DNA of 64,000 nucleotides from Myxococcota bacterium (GTDB lineage Bacteria > Myxococcota_A > UBA9160 > SZUA-336). The notes under the pieces were generated by a model. That model did not search any database. It was not told where the DNA came from and saw only the letters and a list, made by a program, of their open reading frames with translations. The stretch covers positions 736,001 to 800,000 of the forward strand of contig CBDFGR010000003.1 in the NCBI GenBank assembly GCA_965247115.1. The letters run 5' to 3'. Below, piece after piece: positions 46,701-56,599 of the stretch (position 1 is its first letter; each line of letters starts with the position of its first letter). The position numbers and the translations under genes are program-made.

Positions 46701-47443
46701 CTACTCGTCCTCCTTTGTGCCCTCGCCAAGCTTGTCGACAATCATGTCGCGCAATTCGTCCCCGCTCATCGGTTCCAACGGATCAAGATCCACATTGGAG
46801 AAGAACCCGATCAGGTCCGCTGGACGGAGATGCTTCTTAGAGTGCGGCCAGAGCAGGATCGTCGCCAGCGTCGCAGCGCGGTAGTCGTCGCGGCGATCGC
46901 CAAAGCCCTCGACGCGCTCAAAGGCCATCCACTCGGCGAAGAGACGTGAACTCCCGATCTCGTCGAGAAGCTGGTCGGGATCGAGCCGGCGGAAGTGTGC
47001 CGCTAGACGGAAGAGGAAACGTCGCTCGGCTGATCCTCGGAATCTTTTCCCAGCTCGTCGACGTGCTCCTCATCCAGCGCAGAGAGCCTGCCGATCACCG
47101 CAGAGATGCGCTCGATCACCTTCGGGTTCTTCCGGTTGAGAAGCTCCACGTCTTCGAGTTCGAACTTCTGCGATCCGTCCTGCTCGATCGTGCCCCGCAC
47201 TACGACGTGCGTGTCGTAATCCTTGCGCAGCCGGATTTCTCTGCCGTCGTTCAGCGTCACCACATAGCTGTCCTCGACGGAATGGTCGGCGATCGAGAGT
47301 TCTCGTAGCTCCGAGCGTTCCAGCGCCGTCAGACACCGGCATAGGATCTTGCCGCCCCATTCGGGGACTTCGACCTCCTCGCGCTCCAGGTCGTCGGCGC
47401 GCAGCACCTGGTCGCGACTCAGATAGCTACCGTTCTCAGGCAT
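46701..47443 (-). CDS. Tail assembly chaperones gpG (47003-47443) and gpGT via -1 frameshift
   Basis: Slippery G GGA AAA at 47045-47051; the -1 frame is open (RRFLFRLA...FAEWMAFERVEGFG) to the stop at 46701. Confidence 0.85.
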
Positions 47444-47451
47444 GTCGTCTC

Positions 47452-47855
47452 CTACTGGCCCGCGACCTTGAGAGTGATGTTCCCTGTGAGCTTGCCAGAC
47501 ACGGGCGAGCTCCGATCAAAGGTCGATACGATGCACGGATAGGACAGCTCGGTCGCTCCAACGTCGGGAAGGACCAGCTTGAAGTTTCGGACAGCGCCGC
47601 TCTCCTCGAGAGACTTCAGGGTGATATGGGTCGCCTGAGCGGGATCCCAGTTGATCTCACCGCTGATCTCTCCACCGTCCAGCGTTCCGGCGACATACTG
47701 TTCGATACCGCCGGGCGACTGGTGGTGGTGGTCTCGAACATGCGCCGGGCGCGTCCGGTGATGGCGAGATCGCGAATCTCGGAGATCGCGGTAAAGACCT
47801 CCGGGGTCGCGGCATCTCCGACCTGGAGCTGTGTTCCGAATGACTTGACGGACAT
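47452..47855 (-). pseudogene. Major tail tube protein with a 1-nt frameshift near 47725
   Basis: MSVKSFGTQLQVGD...FETT joins HHQSPGGIEQYVAGTLDGGE in another frame across an (ACC)4 run. Confidence 0.8.
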
Positions 47856-47867
47856 GGAGACCCCTCC

Positions 47868-48218
47868 CTAGTTGCTGAGTCGGATCACGCCGAACTTGAT
47901 TTCCGCGTGGTCCGCCTCGAAGTAGAGCTTTCCGTCGATCTGCTTCCAGCCGCTTCCGCTGAACCGGCCGAAACACCGATACTCATCTGCCGCCATCGAG
48001 ACCGCCGCGACGTTCCTCGTGCGTCCGAAGTCGTCGGCGATGCTCGTAATGGTCACTGTGTGCGCCAAGAGCCCGGTGTTGTGCGCGATGATCAGCTCGC
48101 GCCCGGTCCACGTAGCTTGCTCGTCGTTCGTCGTGTCCGCGGCCAGCATCGTTATCACGGCACCGTCGTAGTCGATCGGGCCGGGCTCGGCGACTGGCGT
48201 GTGATCTATCCGTGGCAT
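47868..48218 (-). CDS. Hypothetical virion protein, paralog of 43933-44298
   Basis: AAD..N.E...TG.E.IIA.N...HTVTITS..D...R; GW.Q..GKL.FEAD. Confidence 0.65.
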   Translation of the reverse strand: MPRIDHTPVAEPGPIDYDGAVITMLAADTTNDEQATWTGRELIIAHNTGLLAHTVTITSIADDFGRTRNVAAVSMAADEYRCFGRFSGSGWKQIDGKLYFEADHAEIKFGVIRLSN

Positions 48219-48221
48219 CGA

Positions 48222-48455
48222 TCAGTCCTCCTTGCTTGTGAGAGAGGATTTCCGAGTTGCCCTGCTTCTCGCGGCCGCGGGCGCTGCTTTCACCGTTGGC
48301 CCCGCCGCCGGGGCATAAGGCGGCGGCGGAGGCGGCTGATGGTAGTTTCGGAGGTGCGCCTCCATCGTCGCGAGGTCCAGTGTTTTCAAGGGACAGGAAT
48401 CACACTCGTAGTTGTCGTGACCGGCCCACTTCCCGACCGTGTATCCCTCTGGCAT
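48222..48455 (-). CDS. Small C2H2 zinc-finger-like protein
   Basis: Y-x-C-x2-C-x12-H-x4-H followed by a Pro/Ala/basic tail; GGAGG RBS. Confidence 0.65.
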   Translation of the reverse strand: MPEGYTVGKWAGHDNYECDSCPLKTLDLATMEAHLRNYHQPPPPPPYAPAAGPTVKAAPAAARSRATRKSSLTSKED

Positions 48456-48466
48456 CCGACCCTCCC

Positions 48467-48907
48467 TCAGATCAGAACGGAATCCGGCGATTGCGCCAGG
48501 ACCTCGTACTCGATCGCATACTGAAGTTGAACCGCGAAGAGTCGGCTCTGCTCTCCGCTCGCGGAAAAGGCGGTCTGCACGAGCATCTGATCCTTCACGC
48601 CGCTGAGGAGGCCATTGCCCATCGATTGCTCCGTCTCCAGAGACATCGCGTCGGCCTCGACTCTTGTGCGCGCGATCAAGGTGATGAAGACGGACAGCGT
48701 CCGCACCTGGGCGTGCATCCCGGGACCGCCCTCTAGATCTCGGATCTCGATGGTCTCCGGCTCACCCGGTTCGACTACTACCGCCGGAATCTGATTCTGA
48801 TTGACCGACTGGACCTGGTCCTCGAACACCGAGGCCGCGGGACTCCCGATTTCGTTCACCCGGCTGGCGATGATCTCGTCCAGGATCGTTCGACGATGAT
48901 GCGGCAC
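48467..48907 (-). CDS. Tail terminator/completion protein (putative)
   Basis: Size and position in the neck module. Confidence 0.6.
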   Translation of the reverse strand: MPHHRRTILDEIIASRVNEIGSPAASVFEDQVQSVNQNQIPAVVVEPGEPETIEIRDLEGGPGMHAQVRTLSVFITLIARTRVEADAMSLETEQSMGNGLLSGVKDQMLVQTAFSASGEQSRLFAVQLQYAIEYEVLAQSPDSVLI

Positions 48908-48911
48908 TGCT

Positions 48912-49532
48912 TCACTTTCGCGCGCGTAGTTTCTGTATCTCCCGCGTCACCTTTTTTGGGAGCTCCCGGCGCGCTGTCCGGAACGCCACCTTGAAGAACT
49001 CGAGCCGCGGCTGGAGCCTTGCGCGATCGACCAGCGCGTACAGGACACTGATCGATGAGGTTCGGCCGACCCGCTGTAGGATGACCGTCCCCCTCCGGTT
49101 GACGAAGCCTCGCCCACCCGGTTTGACGACCTCGGCGGGATGCAACCGCTTCGGCACCCGCCCGCGCTTCCCGCGCTTGACGGAGATCGGAATCGCGAGC
49201 TTGCTCCCGAACGCCAGATGATCGCCGTCGAGCGCGCTGATCGTGGAGCCGCGTTGGTGATCCTCGAGGATCTCGCCCGTCTTCTTCCTGGGGAAGAGCC
49301 TCACCTCTAGGCGACGAGGCGAGGCGCCTCGAAAGGCGAAGCCACGGTCCGCAAGGAAGGCGCGCGTGCTGGGTCCGGAGAATCGGAAGACACGCCTCAC
49401 GTGAGCCGCTTCCGCATCCCGCATCTCGAAGGCCGTCTTGTTGAGAGCGCCGGCGAGGACGCGGGGCAGATCTCGCTTGTCGAGCTCGCGCAGCGTCTTC
49501 TCGAGCGAGCGCGTATCAAGCTCGAGGCTCAC
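48912..49532 (-). CDS. Neck/tail completion protein (gpZ-like)
   Basis: Basic protein, ALNKTA motif, position. Confidence 0.6.
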   Translation of the reverse strand: MSLELDTRSLEKTLRELDKRDLPRVLAGALNKTAFEMRDAEAAHVRRVFRFSGPSTRAFLADRGFAFRGASPRRLEVRLFPRKKTGEILEDHQRGSTISALDGDHLAFGSKLAIPISVKRGKRGRVPKRLHPAEVVKPGGRGFVNRRGTVILQRVGRTSSISVLYALVDRARLQPRLEFFKVAFRTARRELPKKVTREIQKLRARK

Positions 49533-49840
49533 ATGACCTTCTCCAGGATCAGCTCCGCGCCGCCGTGCCCGTCAGGCTTGATATCTACCACCCGATAGCC
49601 CTTGCCCCGGATCGTGAACGTGTCCCCGAAGTCCGGCTTCTGATTGAAGTCGGCAAGACGGACCCCTAGCACCGGCGCGACGGAGCTCACCGGCACGCCA
49701 TCTGCAATCGAAACGATCTCGTGCGCCTCGTCGAAGATCTCACGCAGGGTCTGCATTCCCTGGACATGCGTAACGTTTTCGCCGAAGACGCGGTTTGTCG
49801 CCTTGAGTACGCGATCCGCGAGCGTCGCCCACTCGGTCAC
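49529..49840 (-). CDS. Head-tail joining protein
   Basis: FGE...IFD...GD.FTI.G..Y.V.DI.PDGHG. Confidence 0.75.
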   Translation of the reverse strand: MTEWATLADRVLKATNRVFGENVTHVQGMQTLREIFDEAHEIVSIADGVPVSSVAPVLGVRLADFNQKPDFGDTFTIRGKGYRVVDIKPDGHGGAELILEKVM

Positions 49841-49854
49841 GACAGGCGCCTAGA

Positions 49855-50871
49855 TCAGGTACGGCGCAGCGGAATCAGGACGCGCGGTCGGGTGCAGATG
49901 TTGAGGGTCTGCGTCTGAACCCGGACCGTGCGCTTGTTGTCGCCGTCCGTTCCGTCCGGATTCACCCGAGCGTATCGCGGCAGACCAACGGTGTTGACCG
50001 TATCGAAGTACTCCGCTGGCGCATACCGCGTCAGGTAGAGCTCCGGCACACCGACTGGGAAGACGTGAGCCTTGTCGTCGGCCACGTACTTCGTCCCACC
50101 AACCGCCCCGCGGTACTCCTCCCAGGTGATCCCACCGAACTCGACCCGACGCCGCGCGATGCGACCGCTGAGATCGCGGGCATCCTCGAAGTTGAGCTTG
50201 TTAGCTCGGTACTCCGCATGTGCGGTGAGACCGTCGAAGAACTGCGACGAGCACTGTGCGAAGATGTTGGTGTAGGGTAGCCCGCCGAGCTCGTCCTCAA
50301 TTAGCCGGATCACTGTGGAGCAGTGTTTCCGCAGAACTCCGGCCGCCGGCGAGGCGTTGTCGAGATCGAAGCCGAGCTCCGTCTGCGCCGTCACCCCGAA
50401 CGTGGTGAAGAGGTCGATGAGGATGCTGCCATCCGCATCGAGTACCTGGCCCTTGAGCGCGCTGATCCTCTGGTGTTCGATCGTCGCGTCGATGCTGCGC
50501 GACATGCGCAGATTGCGGCGATCCATCTCGGCGACGAGGGTATCGAGCTCGGACTCCGAACCGAACGCTCTCACGTTCTGGATCTCGTCCGCATTAACGA
50601 CATCCTCCATCGCCACCCGAGCCGTCGGAATGTCGATCAGATCACGGCCGTCCTTCACGTTCTGGATGCCCGGCGCGCCGCGCTCGGTCGTCTGCACGAG
50701 AACCAGAGTGTTCTTCTGTTTCTCGACGGACACCTTGGACGTACGGACCCCATCGTTCTCGAAGATTCCGAGTTCGCTGATCCGCGTCGGGATGTGCGGC
50801 ATGTCGATCAGCCGACTGGTCATCGACTGCATGGTGAACGCATCGTTGTCAAAGATTTCGAATCCAGGCAT
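49855..50871 (-). CDS. Major capsid protein (lambda gpE family)
   Basis: IFDNDAF, VRAFGSE, ATIEHQR..ALKG, FGGITWEEYRG, CTRPRVL. Confidence 0.92.
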   Translation of the reverse strand: MPGFEIFDNDAFTMQSMTSRLIDMPHIPTRISELGIFENDGVRTSKVSVEKQKNTLVLVQTTERGAPGIQNVKDGRDLIDIPTARVAMEDVVNADEIQNVRAFGSESELDTLVAEMDRRNLRMSRSIDATIEHQRISALKGQVLDADGSILIDLFTTFGVTAQTELGFDLDNASPAAGVLRKHCSTVIRLIEDELGGLPYTNIFAQCSSQFFDGLTAHAEYRANKLNFEDARDLSGRIARRRVEFGGITWEEYRGAVGGTKYVADDKAHVFPVGVPELYLTRYAPAEYFDTVNTVGLPRYARVNPDGTDGDNKRTVRVQTQTLNICTRPRVLIPLRRT

Positions 50872-50889
50872 GTTCCTTCTGCCTCCTCT

Positions 50890-51549
50890 CTATCGAGCGA
50901 TGATGCCCAGAGCCGCGAGCGCCTGGACCCCATTGGTTTTGTCTGCCACCGCGATCCCCGTGGGCCACACGATCTCGGCGGCGTTCACCTCGCAGTCGCG
51001 CACGAACGCGACGTCCTTGGCGTCGACGCCATCAGGGGCCGTCTTGTCGCCACGGAGGATGCCCTCGATGATCTGCGATCCATCGGTTCCGGCCCCGACG
51101 AACTGGACAAACTTCTTCGAGGCCTGCGTGACTGTGATCATGAAGAAGTCACCGGCCGCAAAGTCCGTTGCGCCATCCGCCAGCGTGAAGGCCAGACCTC
51201 CAGCGCTGAAGGCTGCCGCCACGTCCCCGGTTTCGACCAACAGGCCATCCGGATCCCGCACCTCGAAGACACCGGCATTCGCCGCCAGCTCCGTGATAGT
51301 GAGCGTGTAGGCCCCGTCTTTCGCGGATCCAGAGACCGTAATCATTCCCATCACCCCGTCACCGGTGTTACTCGCGTCCGCCACGGCAGCGGCCGTACCG
51401 GCGACGACGCGCCCAAGCACCATCCCGGCAGTCAGGACTCTAGCGGATCCGGATCCGGCAAGGATCGTGATCTCCTCACGCGATCGAGTTCCCGGCGCCT
51501 CGGAGATCAGAAAGGCTTCGGTGTGCTGTTTTTCCGTCAGAATCGTCAT
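50890..51549 (-). CDS. Head decoration protein (gpD-like, with insertion)
   Basis: FLISEA.G.RSRE...GMVLG...EVNAAEIVWP...LAALGIIAR. Confidence 0.85.
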   Translation of the reverse strand: MTILTEKQHTEAFLISEAPGTRSREEITILAGSGSARVLTAGMVLGRVVAGTAAAVADASNTGDGVMGMITVSGSAKDGAYTLTITELAANAGVFEVRDPDGLLVETGDVAAAFSAGGLAFTLADGATDFAAGDFFMITVTQASKKFVQFVGAGTDGSQIIEGILRGDKTAPDGVDAKDVAFVRDCEVNAAEIVWPTGIAVADKTNGVQALAALGIIAR

Positions 51550-52904
51550 GATGCCTGGCTCTCCTTTCTGGCGCTCTGCGCGAGCGCTTGCGGATTGTTC
51601 CAGCGCTGGTAGATCGCCCGCGTATCGAACGATACGACCTCCCCCTCGCCCACGGCCGTGCCACTCGCGGCTGTGTTCCGCGTCACGAGACGCTCGTCGT
51701 CCTCGGCGCGCATCTTGAGAATGCGCTCGCCGGCGGCCTTCGCGTCGAGGCCTTCCTCGATGAATTCCGCGGCGAGCTGGCCGACCTGCGCGAGCTTGCA
51801 GATCGCATTCACCTCAGCCATGCGATCGCGCTCCTTCTGCGCGCCGGCCTTTTCGCCTTCCGCGCGTGCCTTGTCGAGATCGATGACCTCGGCGCCCTTT
51901 TCCTTCTCGGGATCCGGAGCCGGAGCTGCGGCCGTGACTGGCTCCGGTCCCTGGATGGTCAGCTTGAGCTCCTGCGCATTCGGATTCGCGGTCGGCTCGG
52001 GGCTCGTTTCCTTCTCTTCGGACATAGTCGTGTCCCCTATCTGGGCCATGAGAGTCGGCCCCTGTTGAATGGCGATGCCGAACCTCGGCGCCGCCGCGAA
52101 AGTCTTTTCCATCCGCCCGACGAGCTCGTCGAGCGTGGCGATTCCGTCGATCAATCCCGCCTTCCGCCCTTCCTCTCCGATATAGAGCGCGGCTTCCTGC
52201 GCCTGGACATCGGCCGCGTCCATCTTGCGCGCCTGCGCGACGTGATCGAAGAACAGCCCAGCGGTTCTGTTGACCAGGCCCTGGAGGAAGGATCGGCCGC
52301 TTGGATTCAGTGGCTTGTGAGAGCTGAGGTCGGTCTTACGAGCACCCGATGCGATCTCATTGAACTTGACGCCGCGCTCTTGATCGAACTTGGATTGATC
52401 GACATGGACGACCAGAGCGCCGATACTGCCAACGACCCCGGCATCGGTGGAGAACACCTTATGCGCAGCACTCGCGATCCAGTACGCCGCCGACGCCGCC
52501 TGATCGTTCGCTAGGGCCCAGATCGGCTTTCCGCGTTTGCGGAGACTGAGCAGATGCTCGCCCAGATCTGTCAGTCCCGAGACCTGTCCACCCGGGCTAT
52601 GGATGTCCAGGATAATCCCGCGCACGTTCGGATCGTCGATCGCCGCGTCGACGTTCTGGCGGATCATGTCGTAGTCGTCGAAGAATCCCCGGAAGAGCGA
52701 TCCGACGATTCGAATGATCCGCACCGGGTCGCCTGACGGCTGAGCCTGCGGGCGGCACCAGAACATCTGAACAAACGCCTGAAGCTCCTCGGGATCCGAG
52801 CGCTCGCCAAGCTTCTCGAGCGCATCCCGGAGCGCACCCGGGCCCAGCGTCAGCGGCGCCCGGAAGACATGCTCGGAGAGATCCGGAACGACCTGATCAG
52901 GCAA
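51546..52904 (-). CDS. S49 family prohead protease/scaffold (gpC/Nu3-like)
   Basis: DIHSPGG, ASAAYWIASA, GSIG; acidic scaffold-like C-terminus. Confidence 0.92.
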   Translation of the reverse strand: MPDQVVPDLSEHVFRAPLTLGPGALRDALEKLGERSDPEELQAFVQMFWCRPQAQPSGDPVRIIRIVGSLFRGFFDDYDMIRQNVDAAIDDPNVRGIILDIHSPGGQVSGLTDLGEHLLSLRKRGKPIWALANDQAASAAYWIASAAHKVFSTDAGVVGSIGALVVHVDQSKFDQERGVKFNEIASGARKTDLSSHKPLNPSGRSFLQGLVNRTAGLFFDHVAQARKMDAADVQAQEAALYIGEEGRKAGLIDGIATLDELVGRMEKTFAAAPRFGIAIQQGPTLMAQIGDTTMSEEKETSPEPTANPNAQELKLTIQGPEPVTAAAPAPDPEKEKGAEVIDLDKARAEGEKAGAQKERDRMAEVNAICKLAQVGQLAAEFIEEGLDAKAAGERILKMRAEDDERLVTRNTAASGTAVGEGEVVSFDTRAIYQRWNNPQALAQSARKESQAS

Positions 52905-54420
52905 CGTCCTCTTCCTCCCCCGTCTCTGGATCCTCCTCCTGTTCCTGCTCGTCGGCGTCCGGCACTGAAGATTGTGGGGACGCGGCGGTGCCGAACGTCA
53001 GCCCGAGGCGGTCCGCCCGCTCATTGTCCTCGGCGATCTCCTCGTCGAGCTGCTCCGGATCCCAGCCGTGTTCGAGGATGACCTTCGAGCGGCTCGTAAA
53101 GCCGGCGCTGAGCGCACGCTCTTGGCTCTTGACCTCCTTGTCCGGATCGACGTACTGCCAGCCCGGAGTGGGCGTCCATTGCACGCGCATCAGCTGGCGG
53201 AGATTTCTGTTCCGCAAGAACGCTGCCGGGATTGTGAGCCGGCCGGCGAGGATCGCCGTCTCGAAGAATCTCGCCCACACCCGCCGGCAGAGCTGAAAGA
53301 TCACGATGTTCCGTTGGACCTGTTCGATCGCGCGGCGGAACTCGATCAATGCCACGCGCGCGCTCGAGAACGTCACGCCCTGGTAGTCGCCGGTCATCTG
53401 CTCGTAGGTCACCCCGGCGCCTGCGGCTGCCTTGCGAAGATGGAACTTCACGAAATCCGCATACGTGCTGTCCTCGGGCGGCTTCGAGAACTCCACATTC
53501 TCGCCAGGAGCGAGCTCCTGCATCGTGCCCGGCTCCATCGCCGCGATCGGGACGTCGTCCGCGTCCAGGCCCTCATCCCCGCCGGCGCCGAGCGGATTCG
53601 AGTCCGCGTCCGGCTTGGTAACGAAGCCCGCGAAGAGTGCCGCAGTTTGCTTGCGCATCAGCTCCGCGTCCTCGTACTTGTCCAGGTCATAGAGCGCCGC
53701 GAGTACGGGAGCGAGGCCGGGCACGCCGCGCAACTGGCCAGGACGCAGAAGCTGAAATAGGTGGAGGACGTTCGATGCGGGTACTTTCGTCCGGAGGCCT
53801 CGGTTGAAGTTCTGAAAGTCGCCTGGGTGGTCCTTGTAGAAGTGATATGCGCGCCGTTTCCCGATTGAGTCGAGCTCGATCCCTGCTTTGATCCTGGAGC
53901 CGCCCGTCAGATCGCGCGTGAACGACGGGTCCAACATCTCCGCTTCCATGATCTGGAGCTGAAGCGGGATCCCAAGCCGGTCACTCGCGCGACGTGGGCG
54001 AAACCGGATGAAGCAGTCCCCGCCCTCCCGGAACGATCGGACGGCCAAGGCCTGCAGACCGTAGAAGTTCTGGCAGCCATCGGCGTCGCATTCCTCGACG
54101 AACTCTTTCCACGCCTCCGTGATCTCCTCGCGGAACTCTGGATCCGGAGCCATCGAGCGCGGGATGATCCCATTCCCGACGACGTTCGCGGCGTAGCTAC
54201 CGAGACCGTGCTCCGCCCAAGCATTCTTCCGGATCATGTCCCGCGATCGCTTGCGGAGCATGTTCACGTCGCCGCCCAGGAGCGCGTTGATGTTCGAAGT
54301 CGTAGGCGCCCAGCCTCGCGCCCTGCGCCCGGAACCTGCGGCGTCCCAGGCCGCAGCCGTTGCGTTGAACTTCCGCCCGTAGCGATCGAACAGGATCACC
54401 GGCCCTCGGCGTGCCATCAC
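52897..54420 (-). CDS. Portal protein (lambda gpB family)
   Basis: LRKRSRD..R.N, RPGQLRG.P, YEQMTGD...FSSAR, VDPDKE. Confidence 0.95.
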   Translation of the reverse strand: MMARRGPVILFDRYGRKFNATAAAWDAAGSGRRARGWAPTTSNINALLGGDVNMLRKRSRDMIRKNAWAEHGLGSYAANVVGNGIIPRSMAPDPEFREEITEAWKEFVEECDADGCQNFYGLQALAVRSFREGGDCFIRFRPRRASDRLGIPLQLQIMEAEMLDPSFTRDLTGGSRIKAGIELDSIGKRRAYHFYKDHPGDFQNFNRGLRTKVPASNVLHLFQLLRPGQLRGVPGLAPVLAALYDLDKYEDAELMRKQTAALFAGFVTKPDADSNPLGAGGDEGLDADDVPIAAMEPGTMQELAPGENVEFSKPPEDSTYADFVKFHLRKAAAGAGVTYEQMTGDYQGVTFSSARVALIEFRRAIEQVQRNIVIFQLCRRVWARFFETAILAGRLTIPAAFLRNRNLRQLMRVQWTPTPGWQYVDPDKEVKSQERALSAGFTSRSKVILEHGWDPEQLDEEIAEDNERADRLGLTFGTAASPQSSVPDADEQEQEEDPETGEEEDVA

Positions 54421-54632
54421 CAGCCCTTCGTCTTCTCGACCATGCGGATCTGATTCGGGATGGCGTCAGTAGCCACAGCCGGCTTGTCGAGCTCGTTCGA
54501 GATCATCGCGAGCGCATCCTTCAGCTCTGCGATCGAGCGATAGCGTGTGCGCCGATCGCTGTACTGGACATCCAGTTCGCCCGATGCGATCGCGTCCTTG
54601 ATGGCGGTTCTATCGGCTTCGACCCATGCCAT
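54417..54632 (-). CDS. Head-tail joining protein gpW
   Basis: AIASGELDVQYSDR..RYRSIAEL. Confidence 0.85.
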   Translation of the reverse strand: MAWVEADRTAIKDAIASGELDVQYSDRRTRYRSIAELKDALAMISNELDKPAVATDAIPNQIRMVEKTKGW

Positions 54633-54643
54633 CGTTGATTCTC

Positions 54644-56599
54644 CTACCGGCGATCGAGGAAGCTGCTCGTGCTCTTGCGCCGCGTGCGCTTTCGATTCGG
54701 TCTAGGTGGGGTTGGCGCCGCGGCTGCTGGCACCTCGGCGTCGATCTCCACACCGAGGGCCTCGACTCGAGTCGCTTCCTTCTCGAGATCGAATCCCATC
54801 GTCTTCAGGCCCTCGAGCGCGGCCATCGCGTAGACCGAGAGGTCCAACGCTTCGTTGCGGCGGCCCGCGCTCTTCAGCTCCCAGGTGCGCGTCGGGAACC
54901 CAGACTTGTCCGTCCCAGGAACCGCCTTTTCTGCCGTGAGCTGCTGGAAGTACGCCTCGCCGAAGGCCTTCGGAAAGTGAATGTAGCCCGGGCCCGGCCG
55001 CTCGACTTTCTCCAGTCGCGCGTAGATCGCGTCTTTCGCGAGATCGACCTTCAGGGTATAGACCGGGATCTTGGCCTTGTTCTTGATGCTAGGAGCAATC
55101 GGCCAGAGATTCTTCCCGGGCCCGCCACTCCCCCGGATCGCAAACACGTACGCGCGCCGCCCGTCCGGTGTCGCGATGCGGTGCCGGGGACGGCAGAACT
55201 CGTACGCCCGCAACGTGTGATGTCCGCCCGTATCGACGCATGTGGCGCGAACGTAATCGACACCTCCGCGCTCGAGGCGCCTCGGCCGCGAGAGGAATTC
55301 CCAGAGATCATCCCAGACTTCGCCGCCCGAAGGATCGCCGTGCAAGACGTAATGCTCGAGCTTCCAGTTCTCCTCACCGCGTCCCCACGCTTCGACCTGC
55401 GCCTCGAGTCGATCGTCTTGCGTGTCGACGCTCGCCGTCATCACCACCGCGCCGCGCGGAACCACAGGGCGTCCTTCTCGCTCGGGGTAGGCCTCGCGGC
55501 GCGCGGCGATGTTCTCATCGTCGAGCGAGTCATACTTCGCTTCCCATGTCTCCCCGAGATCGGTGTTCACGAAGACCTGGAACTTGACCGGATCCTCTTT
55601 CGATCGGAGGAACCGCTTCGCGATTTTGCCCCACGCGGCATCCGGCGCCGGCGAGTACGCGGCCCAGATGTGGAAGCCCGCGTGTCCCTCGAAGGGCTTC
55701 TCCGCACGCCACTCTCCCTGTGCAACCATCGCCTCCTTCTCGGAATGCTCGATCTGCTCGTGGCAGTTCTCGCAGAGGTAGAAGGCCTCCTCGGGCGATC
55801 GACCATCCCATTTGATCCCGTAGTCGACGTCAGGGCCGCCCCACCGTAGCCGCTGTCCGTGATCACAATACGGGCACGGCACGAAGAAGTAACGCTGATC
55901 CGAGAACTCGAATGCAGTCTCCACCCGCGAGACCCCCGCGATCTTCGGCGAGCTTCCGATGATGTGCTTGTAGTCCCACGCCCAGGTCGTGCGCTTCTTC
56001 CCGAGCTCGATGGGATCGCCCTCACCACCCGCAGAGAGCGGGTAGGCGTCGACCTCATCAAACAGAACGATCCGCTTCGTGAGGCGCCGGAAGCCCCGAC
56101 CGCTATTCGCACCGACCATCGAGAGCACAGCACCACCAATGAAGTGCTTCTTCAGAATCGTGTTGCTCGAGTCCCGACTGCGCGGCGCCGCAATCAGCTC
56201 CTCGAGGACCTCGACGTCCCGGAGCATCGGCGCGAGCTCGTCCTTGCTGTATCCCTCGGCGTCCTCCACCGTCGGCTGCACGACCAGGATTCCGCACGGA
56301 TCATGCTGCGCGTAGTAGCCGATCGCGCAGTTCAGGATCTTCGTGTACCCAACCCTCGTCGACTTCTGGACCGTGACCTCTCGAACGTCCGGATCGGAGA
56401 TCGCGTCCATGATGCCTTTCTGGTAGGCAAGCGTTCTCCAGGTCCCCGCCTCGGCACTCGATTCGGCGGAGAGGATGTAGTTCTCGTCCGCCCACTCGCT
56501 GAGTGTCAGCTTCGGCGGCGGGGCAAAGCTCTGAAACGCTTCCCAGGCTGCGAGCTCAATCCCCTCGAGACGTGGGAACTCAAGCGCCGGTGAAGACAT
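54644..56599 (-). CDS. Terminase large subunit (GpA family)
   Basis: SEWAD, KSTRVGYT, FDEVDAY, VPCPYC, F.NT.LGE.W, RNEALD. Confidence 0.96.
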   Translation of the reverse strand: MSSPALEFPRLEGIELAAWEAFQSFAPPPKLTLSEWADENYILSAESSAEAGTWRTLAYQKGIMDAISDPDVREVTVQKSTRVGYTKILNCAIGYYAQHDPCGILVVQPTVEDAEGYSKDELAPMLRDVEVLEELIAAPRSRDSSNTILKKHFIGGAVLSMVGANSGRGFRRLTKRIVLFDEVDAYPLSAGGEGDPIELGKKRTTWAWDYKHIIGSSPKIAGVSRVETAFEFSDQRYFFVPCPYCDHGQRLRWGGPDVDYGIKWDGRSPEEAFYLCENCHEQIEHSEKEAMVAQGEWRAEKPFEGHAGFHIWAAYSPAPDAAWGKIAKRFLRSKEDPVKFQVFVNTDLGETWEAKYDSLDDENIAARREAYPEREGRPVVPRGAVVMTASVDTQDDRLEAQVEAWGRGEENWKLEHYVLHGDPSGGEVWDDLWEFLSRPRRLERGGVDYVRATCVDTGGHHTLRAYEFCRPRHRIATPDGRRAYVFAIRGSGGPGKNLWPIAPSIKNKAKIPVYTLKVDLAKDAIYARLEKVERPGPGYIHFPKAFGEAYFQQLTAEKAVPGTDKSGFPTRTWELKSAGRRNEALDLSVYAMAALEGLKTMGFDLEKEATRVEALGVEIDAEVPAAAAPTPPRPNRKRTRRKSTSSFLDRR

